Source of the DNA: an uncultured Verrucomicrobiae bacterium
GTDB lineage: Bacteria; Verrucomicrobiota; Verrucomicrobiia; Chthoniobacterales; UBA10450
DNA length: 64,000 bases
NCBI GenBank assembly: GCA_963735805.1
Contig: CAVTMK010000003.1
Location: 288,001 to 352,000, forward strand
Direction: 5' to 3'
Shown: positions 49,994 to 60,462 of the stretch, in pieces
Position numbering within the stretch: the stretch's first letter is position 1
Layout: every line of letters starts with the position of its first letter
The notes under the pieces: model-generated
The model's database searches: none
Told to the model about the DNA's origin: nothing
The model's input: only the letters and a program-made list of their open reading frames with translations
Position numbers and translations under genes: made by a program

Positions 49994-51394
49994 CTACGTT
50001 TTGCCGGATATCGGCACCGTCTCTGCAGCGCTGGCGTTCAATTTCTTAAAATGAAGTTGATTTACACGGCGGCCGTCACTTTGAGAAACTGTAACGAGAT
50101 AGTTATCAATCTTGACCTCTTCGCCCTGCTTCGGAAGGTGACCAAGCAGATGGGTCACGTAACCGCCGATGGTGCTCACGTCCGCGCTTTCCAATTCGAG
50201 CTTCGCCAGCTCGTTCAACTCGTAAAGGCCTAGCGCACCGTCCACGGTGAATTCGTTTGCGTTGATTTTGCGGAACTCTTCCTTCTCGGAATCGAACTCG
50301 TCCTGGATGTCACCGACCAGCTCTTCGAGCACGTTCTCCAAGGTCACGATGCCGACCGTGCCGCCGAATTCATCCACCACCAGGGCCAGGTGCGCATGCT
50401 TGCTCAGGAATAATTTGAGCAACTTTTCCAATGGCATCATCTCGGGTACGGGAATCATATCGCGTTTGATCTTCAGCAGGTCCGGATGCTCCGCGCGCAT
50501 CAGCGTGATTAGTTCCTTGATGTGGATCAGACCGATCGTGTTATCGACTTTCTCACGACACAACGGAAACCGCGTGTGCCGGGACTCAATTGCCTTTTTG
50601 ATATTTGCCTCAAAACCGTCTTCCAGATCAAGGTAAACAATTTCTCCGCGCGGGGTCATGATGTCGCGGACCACGCGGTCACGAAGGTCGAGCACATTAA
50701 AGACAAGCTCGCGACCAAGAGGTGTGACCTCAGCGGATTTTTCGCTTTCTTGAACGATTAACCGCAGTTCTTCTTCACTGTGGGCCAGTTCTCCTTCAGC
50801 AATGGGCTCTACACGGATAACACGACGCAGCACCCAGTTACTGGCGGCATTTAGGAACCAAATCGCTGGTTTAAAGATCGCGTAAAACCATCGCAGCGGG
50901 GCGCTCACAAACAGTGCGGCAGCCATCGATTTGCGGATGGCGAGAATTTTCGGGGCCTGTTCCCCCAGAACGATATGCAGAAACGTGATGGCTGAAAATG
51001 CCAGCGCAAAGGAAATGGATTTGATTACCGGCACAGACTCGATTCCCGCATAAGCAAAAAATGGTTGAAGCATCCGCGCGAGGAAAGGTTCTCCAAGCCA
51101 ACCAAGTCCGAGGCTGGCCGCGGTAATCCCAACCTGACAGGCGGACAGATAAGCGTTCAGATTGTCCTTGATCTGTTTTACGACGGCTGCTCGTTTCACG
51201 CCTTCGTCTGTCAGCGTCTTGATTTGGCTGTCGCGAATTTTGACCAGCGCGAATTCGGCGACGACAAAGAACGCGTTAAGCATTACCAGCGCAACAACCG
51301 CTGCCAGCTTGACGATCACGAGTATCAACGGGTCCCAATGCCGTGCCACCACATCAGCAATGGGTGCCAGGAGGAATAATGAGGGGAAGTTCAT
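49994..51394 (-). CDS. Hemolysin/CNNM family protein (DUF21-CBS-CorC)
   Basis: [35 protein letters not shown]. Confidence 0.92.
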   Translation of the reverse strand: MNFPSLFLLAPIADVVARHWDPLILVIVKLAAVVALVMLNAFFVVAEFALVKIRDSQIKTLTDEGVKRAAVVKQIKDNLNAYLSACQVGITAASLGLGWLGEPFLARMLQPFFAYAGIESVPVIKSISFALAFSAITFLHIVLGEQAPKILAIRKSMAAALFVSAPLRWFYAIFKPAIWFLNAASNWVLRRVIRVEPIAEGELAHSEEELRLIVQESEKSAEVTPLGRELVFNVLDLRDRVVRDIMTPRGEIVYLDLEDGFEANIKKAIESRHTRFPLCREKVDNTIGLIHIKELITLMRAEHPDLLKIKRDMIPVPEMMPLEKLLKLFLSKHAHLALVVDEFGGTVGIVTLENVLEELVGDIQDEFDSEKEEFRKINANEFTVDGALGLYELNELAKLELESADVSTIGGYVTHLLGHLPKQGEEVKIDNYLVTVSQSDGRRVNQLHFKKLNASAAETVPISGKT

Positions 51395-51405
51395 CCAGTG
51401 ATTCG

Positions 51406-51461
51406 CGTAGCAGCCGGCTTGTCGCCGGCCGATTCACGCGTCGCACAGCGACGCGTCTACG
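51406..51461. repeat. GTAG-type REP-like doublet
   Basis: CGTAGCAGCCGGCTTGTCGCCGGC ... ACGCGTCGCACAGCGACGCGTCTACG. Confidence 0.65.
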
Positions 51462-51470
51462 TTAGAAAAT

Positions 51471-51740
51471 TTACCAGCTCGACTTGGTTACGCCAGGAAT
51501 CAAACCTTGCGAAGCCAATTCGCGGAAAGTCAAACGCGACAATTTAAACCGGCGAATAAAAGCGCGCCGGCGTCCGGTGACCTCGCAGCGGTTCACAACA
51601 CGCGTGGGACTGGCGTCGCGCGGCAATTGGCAAAGACCGGCATAGTCCTTTTTCGCCTTCAACTCTGCGCGTAGCGCAGCGTACTTCTTCACCGTCGCGC
51701 GTTTGCGTTGGTTGCGATTGATCCAGGCAGTCTTGGCCAT
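51471..51740 (-). CDS. rpsN: 30S ribosomal protein S14 (89-aa, Zn-independent form)
   Basis: [36 protein letters not shown]. Confidence 0.97.
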   Translation of the reverse strand: MAKTAWINRNQRKRATVKKYAALRAELKAKKDYAGLCQLPRDASPTRVVNRCEVTGRRRAFIRRFKLSRLTFRELASQGLIPGVTKSSW

Positions 51741-51800
51741 AAAAGAGGCTGATTATAATGCCTGCGCCACAATTTGCAACAGACGCCACTTCCTGGCCGC

Positions 51801-52664
51801 TTACCCGAGGGCGCTTGTTCGTCGTCGTTGTTTGGTCAGGGCGTTGGTCGACCGCCGACCACTGGATGAAGAAGCATTCCGCTTCTGTTTGAGTGATTGC
51901 GTCCGGTTCAGGCTGTCCTGTAGAACCTTAACCAGGTCAACGACATTGGTCGGGGTCGGAGGAGCCGGCGCTTTCGCCGTGATCTCTTTATTCTGCGCTT
52001 TTTGTTCAATAATCTCCATCAAGGCCGTCCGGTATTCATCGCGATATTTTTCCGGTTCCCACGAGACGGCCATGCTCTCGATGAGGGCCTGCGCCATTTT
52101 TAATTCCTTGTCACTCACCGCCGTAGCCGAACCATTGTTCAATACCTCGGTGCTCAATATTTCGCTGGCAAAATGCATCAGCTCCAAAATCAAGAACAGG
52201 CCATCCGGTTTAACCGCGGCTAGATGCTCGCGGTTACTGATGACGACCTTGGCAATGCCGATTTTGCCGGTCCCGCTGAGCGCCTTATGCAAAACCGTGT
52301 AAGCCTTTTCTCCGCCCTTTTGAGGCTCGAGAAAATATGGTTTGTAGAAAAACTTTGGATCGACCTGCTCCAAATCCACGAAATCGGTGATGTCGATGGA
52401 ATGTGTCGACTCGATCCGCACCTTCTCGAAGTCCTCATCCTTAAGAACAACGTAACGGCCTCGCTCGAATTCGAAGCCTTTCACGATTTGGTCGGCTGGA
52501 ACTTCTTTTGAGTCTGCCTCAGCCACCTTTTTGTATCTGATCGGACTGAGATCACTGGAACGAAGCTGCCGGAAACTAATCTTTTCCTCGCGAGTGGCTG
52601 GATAAACCGCCACGGGAATATAAACCAGCCCAAAGCTGATACTGCCTTTCCAGGTAGGACGCAT
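51801..52664 (-). CDS. ku: NHEJ protein Ku
   Basis: WKGSISFGLVYIPV, IVKGFE, YRDEY, NVVDL. Confidence 0.94.
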   Translation of the reverse strand: MRPTWKGSISFGLVYIPVAVYPATREEKISFRQLRSSDLSPIRYKKVAEADSKEVPADQIVKGFEFERGRYVVLKDEDFEKVRIESTHSIDITDFVDLEQVDPKFFYKPYFLEPQKGGEKAYTVLHKALSGTGKIGIAKVVISNREHLAAVKPDGLFLILELMHFASEILSTEVLNNGSATAVSDKELKMAQALIESMAVSWEPEKYRDEYRTALMEIIEQKAQNKEITAKAPAPPTPTNVVDLVKVLQDSLNRTQSLKQKRNASSSSGRRSTNALTKQRRRTSALG

Positions 52665-52780
52665 CGTAGGAAACCCTTTTTCCACAGTAGCTTGAGCGTG
52701 TCAACCTCCGAGCCTCCGATCCCAGCCCACAGGAATTTGTCTTGAAACTTCGGGAAACAGCCTGATGTTCATAGAAGCGC

Positions 52781-53065
52781 ATGAGCCTCATCGCCAGTTT
52801 CATGAATTTGGCAGGGCCGGACCTGATCGTCATCCTGCTGATTGTTCTGGTCTTGTTCGGAGCGAAGAAATTGCCGGAGCTTGCTCGCGGAATGGGCCAG
52901 GCAGTAAAAGAGTTTCAGAAAGCGAAGGACGAATTCAGCGACGAACTACATAAGGCTGGAAAGTCTGAGACTGAAACCGCCAAGTCCGAGATAAAACCGG
53001 CGCAATCGACTGTACCCCGAAGCGAGAGCCAGCCTGCAAGCGACGGGAAGCCTGATCAAGCGTAA
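52781..53065 (+). CDS. tatA: Twin-arginine translocase TatA/TatE
   Basis: LFGAKKLPELARGMGQAVKEFQKA. Confidence 0.93.
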   Translation: MSLIASFMNLAGPDLIVILLIVLVLFGAKKLPELARGMGQAVKEFQKAKDEFSDELHKAGKSETETAKSEIKPAQSTVPRSESQPASDGKPDQA

Positions 53066-53193
53066 AGGGTCGCTCTTCCCTGATCAAAGCAACCAGTCCT
53101 CATTGCTTTCGAGGCCAATCGAAGAAATAAAGCGCGTCGGCCTCCTATGCGTTTGACCAATCGCGCGACTTACGGCAAGATCGCGGCTCGTTT

Positions 53194-53463
53194 ATGGGAG
53201 AACCTGATCTGCGCACTCGCATCAAAGAAATGCTTGTAAAAAATTTGATGTTGCAAGTTACTCCGGAACAGATCGGAGATGACCTTCCACTGTTCGGTGC
53301 CAACGGACTCGGGCTGGATTCAATCGACGCGCTCGAGCTGGTGGTAAGCATGGAAAAAACATTTGGAGTCGGCGTGCCAACCTCGGAGGTCGCTGGCAAA
53401 GCGCTGCAGACCGTAAACACAATCCACGATTACATTCTCGAAAAACAGAGCGCGGCTGCGTAG
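53194..53463 (+). CDS. Acyl carrier protein
   Basis: GLGLDSIDALELV phosphopantetheine motif. Confidence 0.9.
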   Translation: MGEPDLRTRIKEMLVKNLMLQVTPEQIGDDLPLFGANGLGLDSIDALELVVSMEKTFGVGVPTSEVAGKALQTVNTIHDYILEKQSAAA

Positions 53464-53495
53464 ATTACAGTGACGGCAGGCGTTGCCGATTTCAT

Positions 53496-54683
53496 GTGAA
53501 CATCCTCTACGTAGAGAGCAGCCGCAGCTGGGGCGGCCAGGAATATCGCACCTGTCTCGAGATCAATTGGCTGAACACCCAAGGACATCGGGCATGGCTG
53601 GTTTGCAATCCAGGCAGTCAGGTGCACTCCAAAGCCCTGGAACTCGGCACTCGTCTTATAACGATGCCGCTCGGTAGTCGCGTCGACCTGCCATGCTCAT
53701 GGCGCCTCTGGAGATTTTGCCGGCAAAACCGGGTCGATCTGCTTAAAACCTACAGCTCGAAAGATCATTGGCTTTGTCTGCCGCTTTATTTTTTCGGGAT
53801 TCCGCTAAGCCGCGCGCGCTGCATTACCGATCCAATCGGAAGCAAGGGACGAGCATTTGTCTTCAAGCACGGTTGTTCCAACATTGTAGCCGATGCTTCG
53901 GTGATTAAACGCGAACTCGTCGAGGAACACGGTGTTCCCCCAGCGAAAATTGAAGTCATCGGTTCGGCTGTCGATTTGGAAAAGTTTAAGCCGCCGCGCA
54001 ATCGAATGAAATTCCGCCGGGACATCGCTGTCGGCGCAGCGACTCCCCTTGTCGGGAACATCGGAATGATCCGGCCGGACAAAGGCCAGCTCGTTCTAGT
54101 TGAAGCAGCCCCTTTCGTTTTGGAAAAGTGGCCGGATGCGCGCTTCGTTATTGTGGGTCAGGGAACCGGCATCCTGAAACGCGGGATCAATGTAAGGAAT
54201 GCCATCGACCGCGCCGGACTGGCGACTCAGATCATTATGACGGGCTATCGGTGGGACACGCCTGACGTTTATGCGGCGTGCGACATGATCGTAATTGCGT
54301 CGCTACGCACAGAAGCCTCTCCGATTGTGTTACGCGAAGCGTTTGCCAGCGGGCGTCCTGTCATCGCGACAAAGGTGGGCGATATCCCGGAAATCATCGA
54401 GCATCGCCAAAACGGTTTGCTCATTGAGCCGGGTGACAGCAAAGCGCTTGCAGATGCGATCATGGAATTTATTTACGATCCGAACCTGGCAGAGCACTGC
54501 GCGGAAAATGGTCTTTGCTACGCGAAAAAGCACTTTTCATTCGACGAAATGATGAAAGCCAAGCTTCGCGCCGACGTCGCTCTCTTAGGAATGCGTGCGG
54601 ATCGTGGAGCGTCTCCCGACTCGATGCGGTCGCAGGAAGTCGCTCCTCGATCGGAGGCTCTCACTCAGTTGAAGAAGCATTGA
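53496..54683 (+). CDS. Glycosyltransferase family 4
   Basis: WGGQE, RPDKG, EASPIVLREA, VGDIPE. Confidence 0.9.
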   Translation: MNILYVESSRSWGGQEYRTCLEINWLNTQGHRAWLVCNPGSQVHSKALELGTRLITMPLGSRVDLPCSWRLWRFCRQNRVDLLKTYSSKDHWLCLPLYFFGIPLSRARCITDPIGSKGRAFVFKHGCSNIVADASVIKRELVEEHGVPPAKIEVIGSAVDLEKFKPPRNRMKFRRDIAVGAATPLVGNIGMIRPDKGQLVLVEAAPFVLEKWPDARFVIVGQGTGILKRGINVRNAIDRAGLATQIIMTGYRWDTPDVYAACDMIVIASLRTEASPIVLREAFASGRPVIATKVGDIPEIIEHRQNGLLIEPGDSKALADAIMEFIYDPNLAEHCAENGLCYAKKHFSFDEMMKAKLRADVALLGMRADRGASPDSMRSQEVAPRSEALTQLKKH

Positions 54684-55737
54684 TTGCGTCGATCAACTGA
54701 CGGAACCGGCCGAAGTTATTGCGAAAAGGCGTAAGAATTAGCCGAGGCAAATCCCAAATTTCAGGCTCATTTTTTTCCTGAAAGAGTGCCGTTCCCTGGA
54801 CTATCTCGCCTTTGCGCAGGATATCAGCGAACTGCCTGTTCAGGTTGATAATCGCCGCTCTTGACAGGCGATCGTTCATTCGAATCACAAATCGTTCCCC
54901 TACCCAGCGCGCTGAATGATAAATCTTGTAGAAATGCAAAATTTCCGAGACGGCTTCCCGAACAGTGCGTGTGATCTTAAAAAATGAAAAATCTTCTTGT
55001 GAAATCAAGCCACGCTTAAGGAGGCGGTCTGTAATAAACTTCGTCCACAGTTCCCAATAATTTCCCCGGGGCCGATTTAGCATCACAACGGGAATAATAC
55101 GGGCTTTCCCGGTTTGCATCAGCGTGAGCACCTCAAACGTTTCGTCGAGTGTACCAAAGCCTCCTGGAAACAATGCGAACGCGTGTGCCTCCTTCACGAA
55201 ATTTAGCTTACGCGTGAAGAAATAATTAAGAGTAATCAGTTTGGGATCGCCTTGGATGATCTCGTTGGCTCGCTGCTCGGATGGGAGACGAATGTTAAGC
55301 CCGAAGCTATGCTCACGGCCCGCGCCCCGCTGTGCCGCTCCCATGATTCCGTCCCCACCACCAGTGACCACCATGAAATTGTGCAAAACCATTTGCCGCG
55401 CAAAATCCTCAGCCACCTCGTAGACAGGCGAATCGACTGGTGTGCGGGCCGACCCAAAGACGGCGACTTTGCGCAAATGCTGAAATGGCGCGAATACCTT
55501 CGCCGCGTTGCGCATTTCTTTTATGGAACGATTGATCAACTTAAGATCTGCTACGCTCATGTGATCGCGGGCTATTTTCAGCGCGGTCACGATCATTTCC
55601 TCGATCAGTTCGGGTGATTCGCTCGCGTCCCAATCGCGAACCAATTGTTTCACGCGGGCATCAAAAGGCGGATCGACGCTCCATTGTCGCCGCGTCGGCT
55701 GATCGTGAATTGCGCCCCCTGTAAAGTCCTCTTCCAT
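54661..55737 (-). CDS. LOG family protein (TIGR00730-like)
   Basis: VFGSAR, TGGGDGIM, YFFTRK, PGGFGTLDE. Confidence 0.9.
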   Translation of the reverse strand: MEEDFTGGAIHDQPTRRQWSVDPPFDARVKQLVRDWDASESPELIEEMIVTALKIARDHMSVADLKLINRSIKEMRNAAKVFAPFQHLRKVAVFGSARTPVDSPVYEVAEDFARQMVLHNFMVVTGGGDGIMGAAQRGAGREHSFGLNIRLPSEQRANEIIQGDPKLITLNYFFTRKLNFVKEAHAFALFPGGFGTLDETFEVLTLMQTGKARIIPVVMLNRPRGNYWELWTKFITDRLLKRGLISQEDFSFFKITRTVREAVSEILHFYKIYHSARWVGERFVIRMNDRLSRAAIINLNRQFADILRKGEIVQGTALFQEKNEPEIWDLPRLILTPFRNNFGRFRQLIDAINASSTE

Positions 55738-55830
55738 GATCAAAATCTACTCGCAGTCACGATGGCTGCATGTTTGAGGATCCAGGCGACCCGCCGTCGC
55801 GCCGTTTCGACCTGGCTAGCACGATTGCAA

Positions 55831-56709
55831 TCAGCACGAAATCAGGTCGCCCAGAATCTCCCCCATGTGACGGATGGGCAACGAATAATGCCCTGCGTTC
55901 TCAACGAAATGCGCCTTGCAATTGGGCAACTGTCTCACAATTTTTTCCGCCAGGTGGATTGAGAAAGCCCGGTCTTGCGTTCCATGCCAAAGGCGGACTG
56001 GTACGTATACATCTTCAAAGGAAAATCCCCAGGGCTGCGCGTAGATCTGCGCATCCGCCATGACTCCTTCAGCCGACCCGCGCCAGGCGCGCCGCTGGCT
56101 TTCGAAAACAGATTCGAACGCTGCTGCGTCGCGCAGGCTCTCTGCATCGCATGGTCGCAGCATTAGCATTTTCAAAAGTAACGGCCGAAGCCGGACCGGC
56201 GGGCGCAATGACAGAATCGGGCGTGCCATGCAGAATAATCTTCGCAACAGTTGCGGTTGCGATCGATAAAGCGCCAGCATCCAGCGGTAAAGAGGCAATA
56301 ATCCTCTGGCATCCTCGAGCTCGGCCATGGGAATCGCGCCGCACACGATCGCAATTGCCCGCACCCGGTCGGGCATCGCTGCGGCAGTTGCGTATGCGTA
56401 GGGCGCGCCGCCGGAAATCGCAAGCATCCGAAACTCCCAAATGCCGAGTTTCGCAAGAAGGCGCTCTACAACATGCGGCCAATCAGCCAATTTTCGATCG
56501 GGCCGCAAACTCGATCCGCTAATGCCCGGTCGATCAGGTGAAATGATACGGACGCCAAGCTCTCGCGCCGGTTCGTCCGTTAGTCGGGCCATGGTGCATG
56601 AACTGGGCCAGCCGTGGCAAAATACGACCGGCACGCCAGTTGCATCGCCATATTCTTGAAAAGCAACGACCGCGTCGCCCTGGAGTCGAACGAAATTTTG
56701 CCTCTTCAT
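55831..56709 (-). CDS. Alpha/beta hydrolase
   Basis: HGWPSS, PDRPG, AISGG, WHGTQD, AGH. Confidence 0.9.
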   Translation of the reverse strand: MKRQNFVRLQGDAVVAFQEYGDATGVPVVFCHGWPSSCTMARLTDEPARELGVRIISPDRPGISGSSLRPDRKLADWPHVVERLLAKLGIWEFRMLAISGGAPYAYATAAAMPDRVRAIAIVCGAIPMAELEDARGLLPLYRWMLALYRSQPQLLRRLFCMARPILSLRPPVRLRPLLLKMLMLRPCDAESLRDAAAFESVFESQRRAWRGSAEGVMADAQIYAQPWGFSFEDVYVPVRLWHGTQDRAFSIHLAEKIVRQLPNCKAHFVENAGHYSLPIRHMGEILGDLISC

Positions 56710-56816
56710 CTTGAAACGGCGGCTAGGCTTTTTTTGGCGCTGGTATTGCAAGCCTCCAATCTGTAAGGCACAATATAATGCGAACAAGGCCCCCGTGACC
56801 TTTCGCGTCAGTGGTT

Positions 56817-57218
56817 ATGAACGATTACTCACAACCTCGCCCGGGAAAAATTGAGCTACACGGCAACGGACTTGGAGCGCCTTCGCCGGAGCAAGTGGAG
56901 AAGCGCGCAAGGGAAATAGCGATGATCGACGAGCGCAACCCTGATGAATTTACCGATGCGGACTGGAGACAGGCACGCCGCGAATTGATGGGTACTGAAA
57001 ATAATTCACCGCCCGAGGAAACTCCGGATAATGCCGATCTCACCGAAGAATGGAGTGTGGTCGCCAGCTCCAAAGGACACCGGCTGCCACGTGCGGGTAC
57101 TGATGAAGAGGAAACTGTTGGCGAGCATCTCGTGATCGATGGTCTTGAGGAAGCCGCCCACGACCAGATGCTGGAAGCGCGGCGGGAAGAACTCGAACAA
57201 GAGGGAGAAAATCTTTGA
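56817..57218 (+). CDS. Acidic hypothetical protein (DUF2934-like)
   Basis: VEKRAREIA...DWRQARREL. Confidence 0.6.
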   Translation: MNDYSQPRPGKIELHGNGLGAPSPEQVEKRAREIAMIDERNPDEFTDADWRQARRELMGTENNSPPEETPDNADLTEEWSVVASSKGHRLPRAGTDEEETVGEHLVIDGLEEAAHDQMLEARREELEQEGENL

Positions 57219-58564
57219 GCTCAGTATCAGTTGAGTCCGCCACCCGCTCGGTGGCGGCCAAACGAGATCATTTTGATTCAAACGCAGCACGCGTCGAGGC
57301 CTTGCTTGCTCGTTTTCATCAAATCAGAGACTTCACTAACAGGCTCTGTGCGAATCTCGAACCAGAAGATTGCGTCGTGCAATCGATGCCCGACGTCAGC
57401 CCCACAAAGTGGCACATCGCTCACACGACATGGTTTTTTGAAACGTTTATCCTAAAAAAGTTTAGCCTGGGTTATCGCTCGGAAATTCCCGAGTACGCCT
57501 ATCTTTTCAATTCGTACTATAACGCTGCCGGTGACATGCATCGGCGCGATCTACGCGGGCTAATTTCGCGCCCGACGGTAAGACAAGCGCAACGCTACCG
57601 CGCATCGATCGATTCGCATATAGACAATCTTCTTACCGGGGCCGACGAAAAGTTGCTGAATGAAATCGAACCGATGCTCATTCTCGGTTTTCATCATGAG
57701 CAACAACATCAGGAATTGCTGATCACCGACATCAAGCACGTATTCGCGCAGAACCCGCTTTACCCTGTTTTCCGCGATAGGGCGCGACCGCCGGGCGCGC
57801 TGAAAACCTCGGCGGATGGATCGGCGATCCGTCCCTGCCACTTTCTCGAGTTCGAAGAGACGATTGTCGCGATTGGTCATGACGGCCACGGATTCGCTTA
57901 TGATAATGAAGAACCGCGGCATCGAGCGTTGGTTCACGCATTTTCGCTTGCATCACGGCCAGTGACCAATGGCGAGTATCTCGCATTCATCGCAGACAAC
58001 GGCTATTCGCGTCCAGAATTCTGGTTGTCCCTGGGGTGGATGACCGTGAACGAACAACGCTGGCAGGCTCCGCTTTATTGGACGAAGCGTGATGGCAAAT
58101 GGTGGAACTTTACTCTCTCAGGATTTCGCCCGGTCGATGAATCCGAGCCTGTGACCCACGTGAGTTATTTCGAGGCTGACGCGTACGCGAATTGGGCTGG
58201 GGCGCGCCTCCCGACGGAGTTTGAATGGGAACGCGCAGCGTTGGATTGCCCAATCGAAGGAAACTTTGTCGACGACGAGAATTTTCATCCACGCGCCAGG
58301 ATGGAAAACGATAAACGGCTTCATCAAATGTTTGGCGACGTTTGGGAATGGACACGCAGCGCTTACTCGCCCTACCCAGGCTATCGCGCTGCGCCGGGCG
58401 CACTCGGCGAGTACAACGGCAAGTTCATGTGCAACCAGTACGTTTTGCGTGGCGGTTCGTGTGCCACTTCACGGAGTCACATTCGCCGCACTTATCGCAA
58501 TTTCTTTCAACCGGAAAAACGCTGGCAATTTACAGGGATCAGGCTCGCGCGCGATCCGAAATGA
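57215..58564 (+). CDS. egtB: Ergothioneine biosynthesis sulfoxide synthase
   Basis: SPTKWHIAHTTWFFE, HEQQHQELL, RLPTEFEWE, EYNGKFM, YRNFF. Confidence 0.93.
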   Translation: MSSVSVESATRSVAAKRDHFDSNAARVEALLARFHQIRDFTNRLCANLEPEDCVVQSMPDVSPTKWHIAHTTWFFETFILKKFSLGYRSEIPEYAYLFNSYYNAAGDMHRRDLRGLISRPTVRQAQRYRASIDSHIDNLLTGADEKLLNEIEPMLILGFHHEQQHQELLITDIKHVFAQNPLYPVFRDRARPPGALKTSADGSAIRPCHFLEFEETIVAIGHDGHGFAYDNEEPRHRALVHAFSLASRPVTNGEYLAFIADNGYSRPEFWLSLGWMTVNEQRWQAPLYWTKRDGKWWNFTLSGFRPVDESEPVTHVSYFEADAYANWAGARLPTEFEWERAALDCPIEGNFVDDENFHPRARMENDKRLHQMFGDVWEWTRSAYSPYPGYRAAPGALGEYNGKFMCNQYVLRGGSCATSRSHIRRTYRNFFQPEKRWQFTGIRLARDPK

Positions 58565-58611
58565 GTCGATAGGGCGCAACCGCGAGGCACGCGCCGAACG
58601 ATAATGCCATT

Positions 58612-59595
58612 ATGACCGCCCACTCGCTAACGGCCACACAACCTAATTCTGCGGCCCCCAAGGAGAGGTCCGATTTGCTCTCGGACGTTATTGCGGGCCT
58701 TTCTTCCGATCCTCGGACGCTGCCTTGCAAGTATTTCTATGATGAGCAAGGGGCCGCATTGTTTCAGAAAATTTGCGAGTTACCAGAGTATTACATCACC
58801 CGAACCGAAATCGATATTCTAGGCCGATACCACGCAGAAATCGCGGCGCAACTGGGACCGAACATCGAGCTAATCGGACTTGGCACTGGTGCAGGCACGA
58901 AAACGCGCATTCTCATTGAAGGCCTCGAAAACCCTGCCGTTTATGTCCCTATCGACATCTCCGAGAAGCAACTGCGCAAATCGAGCATGCTTTTTCAAAA
59001 AATTTTCCCCAATCTGGAAATCCTCCCCGTATGCGCCGATTACCTGCAGCCCGTCGTGTTGCCTTCACCGCGTCATAAGGTTGCTCGCAACGTCGTTTAT
59101 TTTCCCGGATCGACTATTGGCAATTTCGAACCAAATGAAGCGCTCGAATTCTTACAGCGCGTTGCCAATGTTTCGGGTCGAGGGGGCGGGTTGTTGATTG
59201 GCGTCGATTTGCAGAAGGATCAGAGCGTGATCGAAGCCGCGTACAACGATCGAGCCGGTGTCACGGCGCAATTCAATTTGAATTTACTAGTCCACATCAA
59301 TCGCGAAACCGGCGCAAATTTCGATTTAAGCCGGTGGCAACACAGCGCCGTCTACAACTCCGAAGCCGGCCGCATCGAGATGTATTTGATCAGCGCGACA
59401 GACCAGACCGTTCGCATACAAGATCGGCAGTTTCTTTTTCACGCCGGTGAAAGAATCCTGACCGAGCATTCGTACAAGCACACGCCGGAAGGTTTCATTG
59501 CTCTGGCTCGCCAGGCAGGATTCGATTTCGTCAAATTGTGGACCGACGACGCGCGCCTGTTTGGCGTGTTCTATTTCTCCTGTAGCCGGGGTTGA
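58612..59595 (+). CDS. egtD: Histidine N-alpha-methyltransferase
   Basis: KYFYD, LPEYYITRTE, GSTIGNF, AYNDRAGVTAQFNLN, TEHSYK. Confidence 0.93.
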   Translation: MTAHSLTATQPNSAAPKERSDLLSDVIAGLSSDPRTLPCKYFYDEQGAALFQKICELPEYYITRTEIDILGRYHAEIAAQLGPNIELIGLGTGAGTKTRILIEGLENPAVYVPIDISEKQLRKSSMLFQKIFPNLEILPVCADYLQPVVLPSPRHKVARNVVYFPGSTIGNFEPNEALEFLQRVANVSGRGGGLLIGVDLQKDQSVIEAAYNDRAGVTAQFNLNLLVHINRETGANFDLSRWQHSAVYNSEAGRIEMYLISATDQTVRIQDRQFLFHAGERILTEHSYKHTPEGFIALARQAGFDFVKLWTDDARLFGVFYFSCSRG

Positions 59596-59628
59596 TAAAC
59601 CCGGCCACGGCCAACGCGCGCGGCTACA
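59581..59628. repeat. GTAG-type REP-like element overlapping the egtD stop
   Basis: TGTAGCCG...CGGCTACA ends. Confidence 0.6.
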
Positions 59629-59718
59629 GAACCGGGGCGGCAGCCGTGTCGGCTGCGTAATTAGAACCATCCATGCTTGCAGGCGACACACCTGCCTCTA
59701 CAGAATATCGCTGCCCCA

Positions 59719-60462
59719 ATGAGCGCCCTCGTTAAACTCGTCGACGTCAGCAAGCGCTATGCAGACACAACTGCGTTGCACGCGACTAATCTCTCTGTCG
59801 AACGCGGCAAGACGACTGTTTTTATTGGGCCGAGTGGCTGCGGTAAATCAACCTTGCTTCGATTGATCATTCGCTTGATTGAACCCGACTCTGGCTCGAT
59901 CGAGTTTGACGGCGAACCGATCACAGCCGAAACGATCGACAATCTTCGCCGGCGAATTGGATACGTAATCCAGGAGGGCGGCTTATTTCCACATTTAACC
60001 GTGCGCGCCAACGTTCTGTTGATGGCACGCCACATCGGGAAATCCCAGCATGAGATGCAAAAACGGCTAACCGAGTTGTGCGAGCTAACAAGGTTTCCCG
60101 GGAATCTACTCGCGCGATATCCCGTCGAACTCTCCGGAGGTCAGCGGCAGCGCGTCGGGTTGATGCGCGCACTGATGCTTTCACCTGAACTGCTGTTGCT
60201 CGATGAGCCGCTGGGCGCACTTGATCCGTTGGTACGAGCCTCATTACAGACGGATCTCAAGGAGATCTTTACCCGGCTAAAACAGACAGTGCTCTTCGTC
60301 ACGCATGATCTGGCTGAGGCGGTTTATTTTGGCAATGAGATCGTGTTGATGAACGATGGCCGAGTCGTGCAGAAAGGCTCGGTTACGGATTTGCGCGAAC
60401 AACCAGCTGATCCTTTCGTGTCGGAATTCATCAACGCGCAGCGCGGAGTCTTGCTGGCATGA
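59719..60462 (+). CDS. Osmoprotectant-type ABC transporter ATPase
   Basis: GPSGCGKST, GYVIQ, LSGGQRQR, LLDEP, VTHD. Confidence 0.92.
   Translation: MSALVKLVDVSKRYADTTALHATNLSVERGKTTVFIGPSGCGKSTLLRLIIRLIEPDSGSIEFDGEPITAETIDNLRRRIGYVIQEGGLFPHLTVRANVLLMARHIGKSQHEMQKRLTELCELTRFPGNLLARYPVELSGGQRQRVGLMRALMLSPELLLLDEPLGALDPLVRASLQTDLKEIFTRLKQTVLFVTHDLAEAVYFGNEIVLMNDGRVVQKGSVTDLREQPADPFVSEFINAQRGVLLA

Noticed and set aside
51801..52664. Ku without ligD as an unusual system
   Set aside because: ligD is often unlinked, so absence from one window is uninformative
57215..58564. Selenoneine (senABC) or ovothiol cluster
   Set aside because: No SelD-like or SenB gene nearby and no C-terminal methyltransferase domain; canonical egtB-egtD fits
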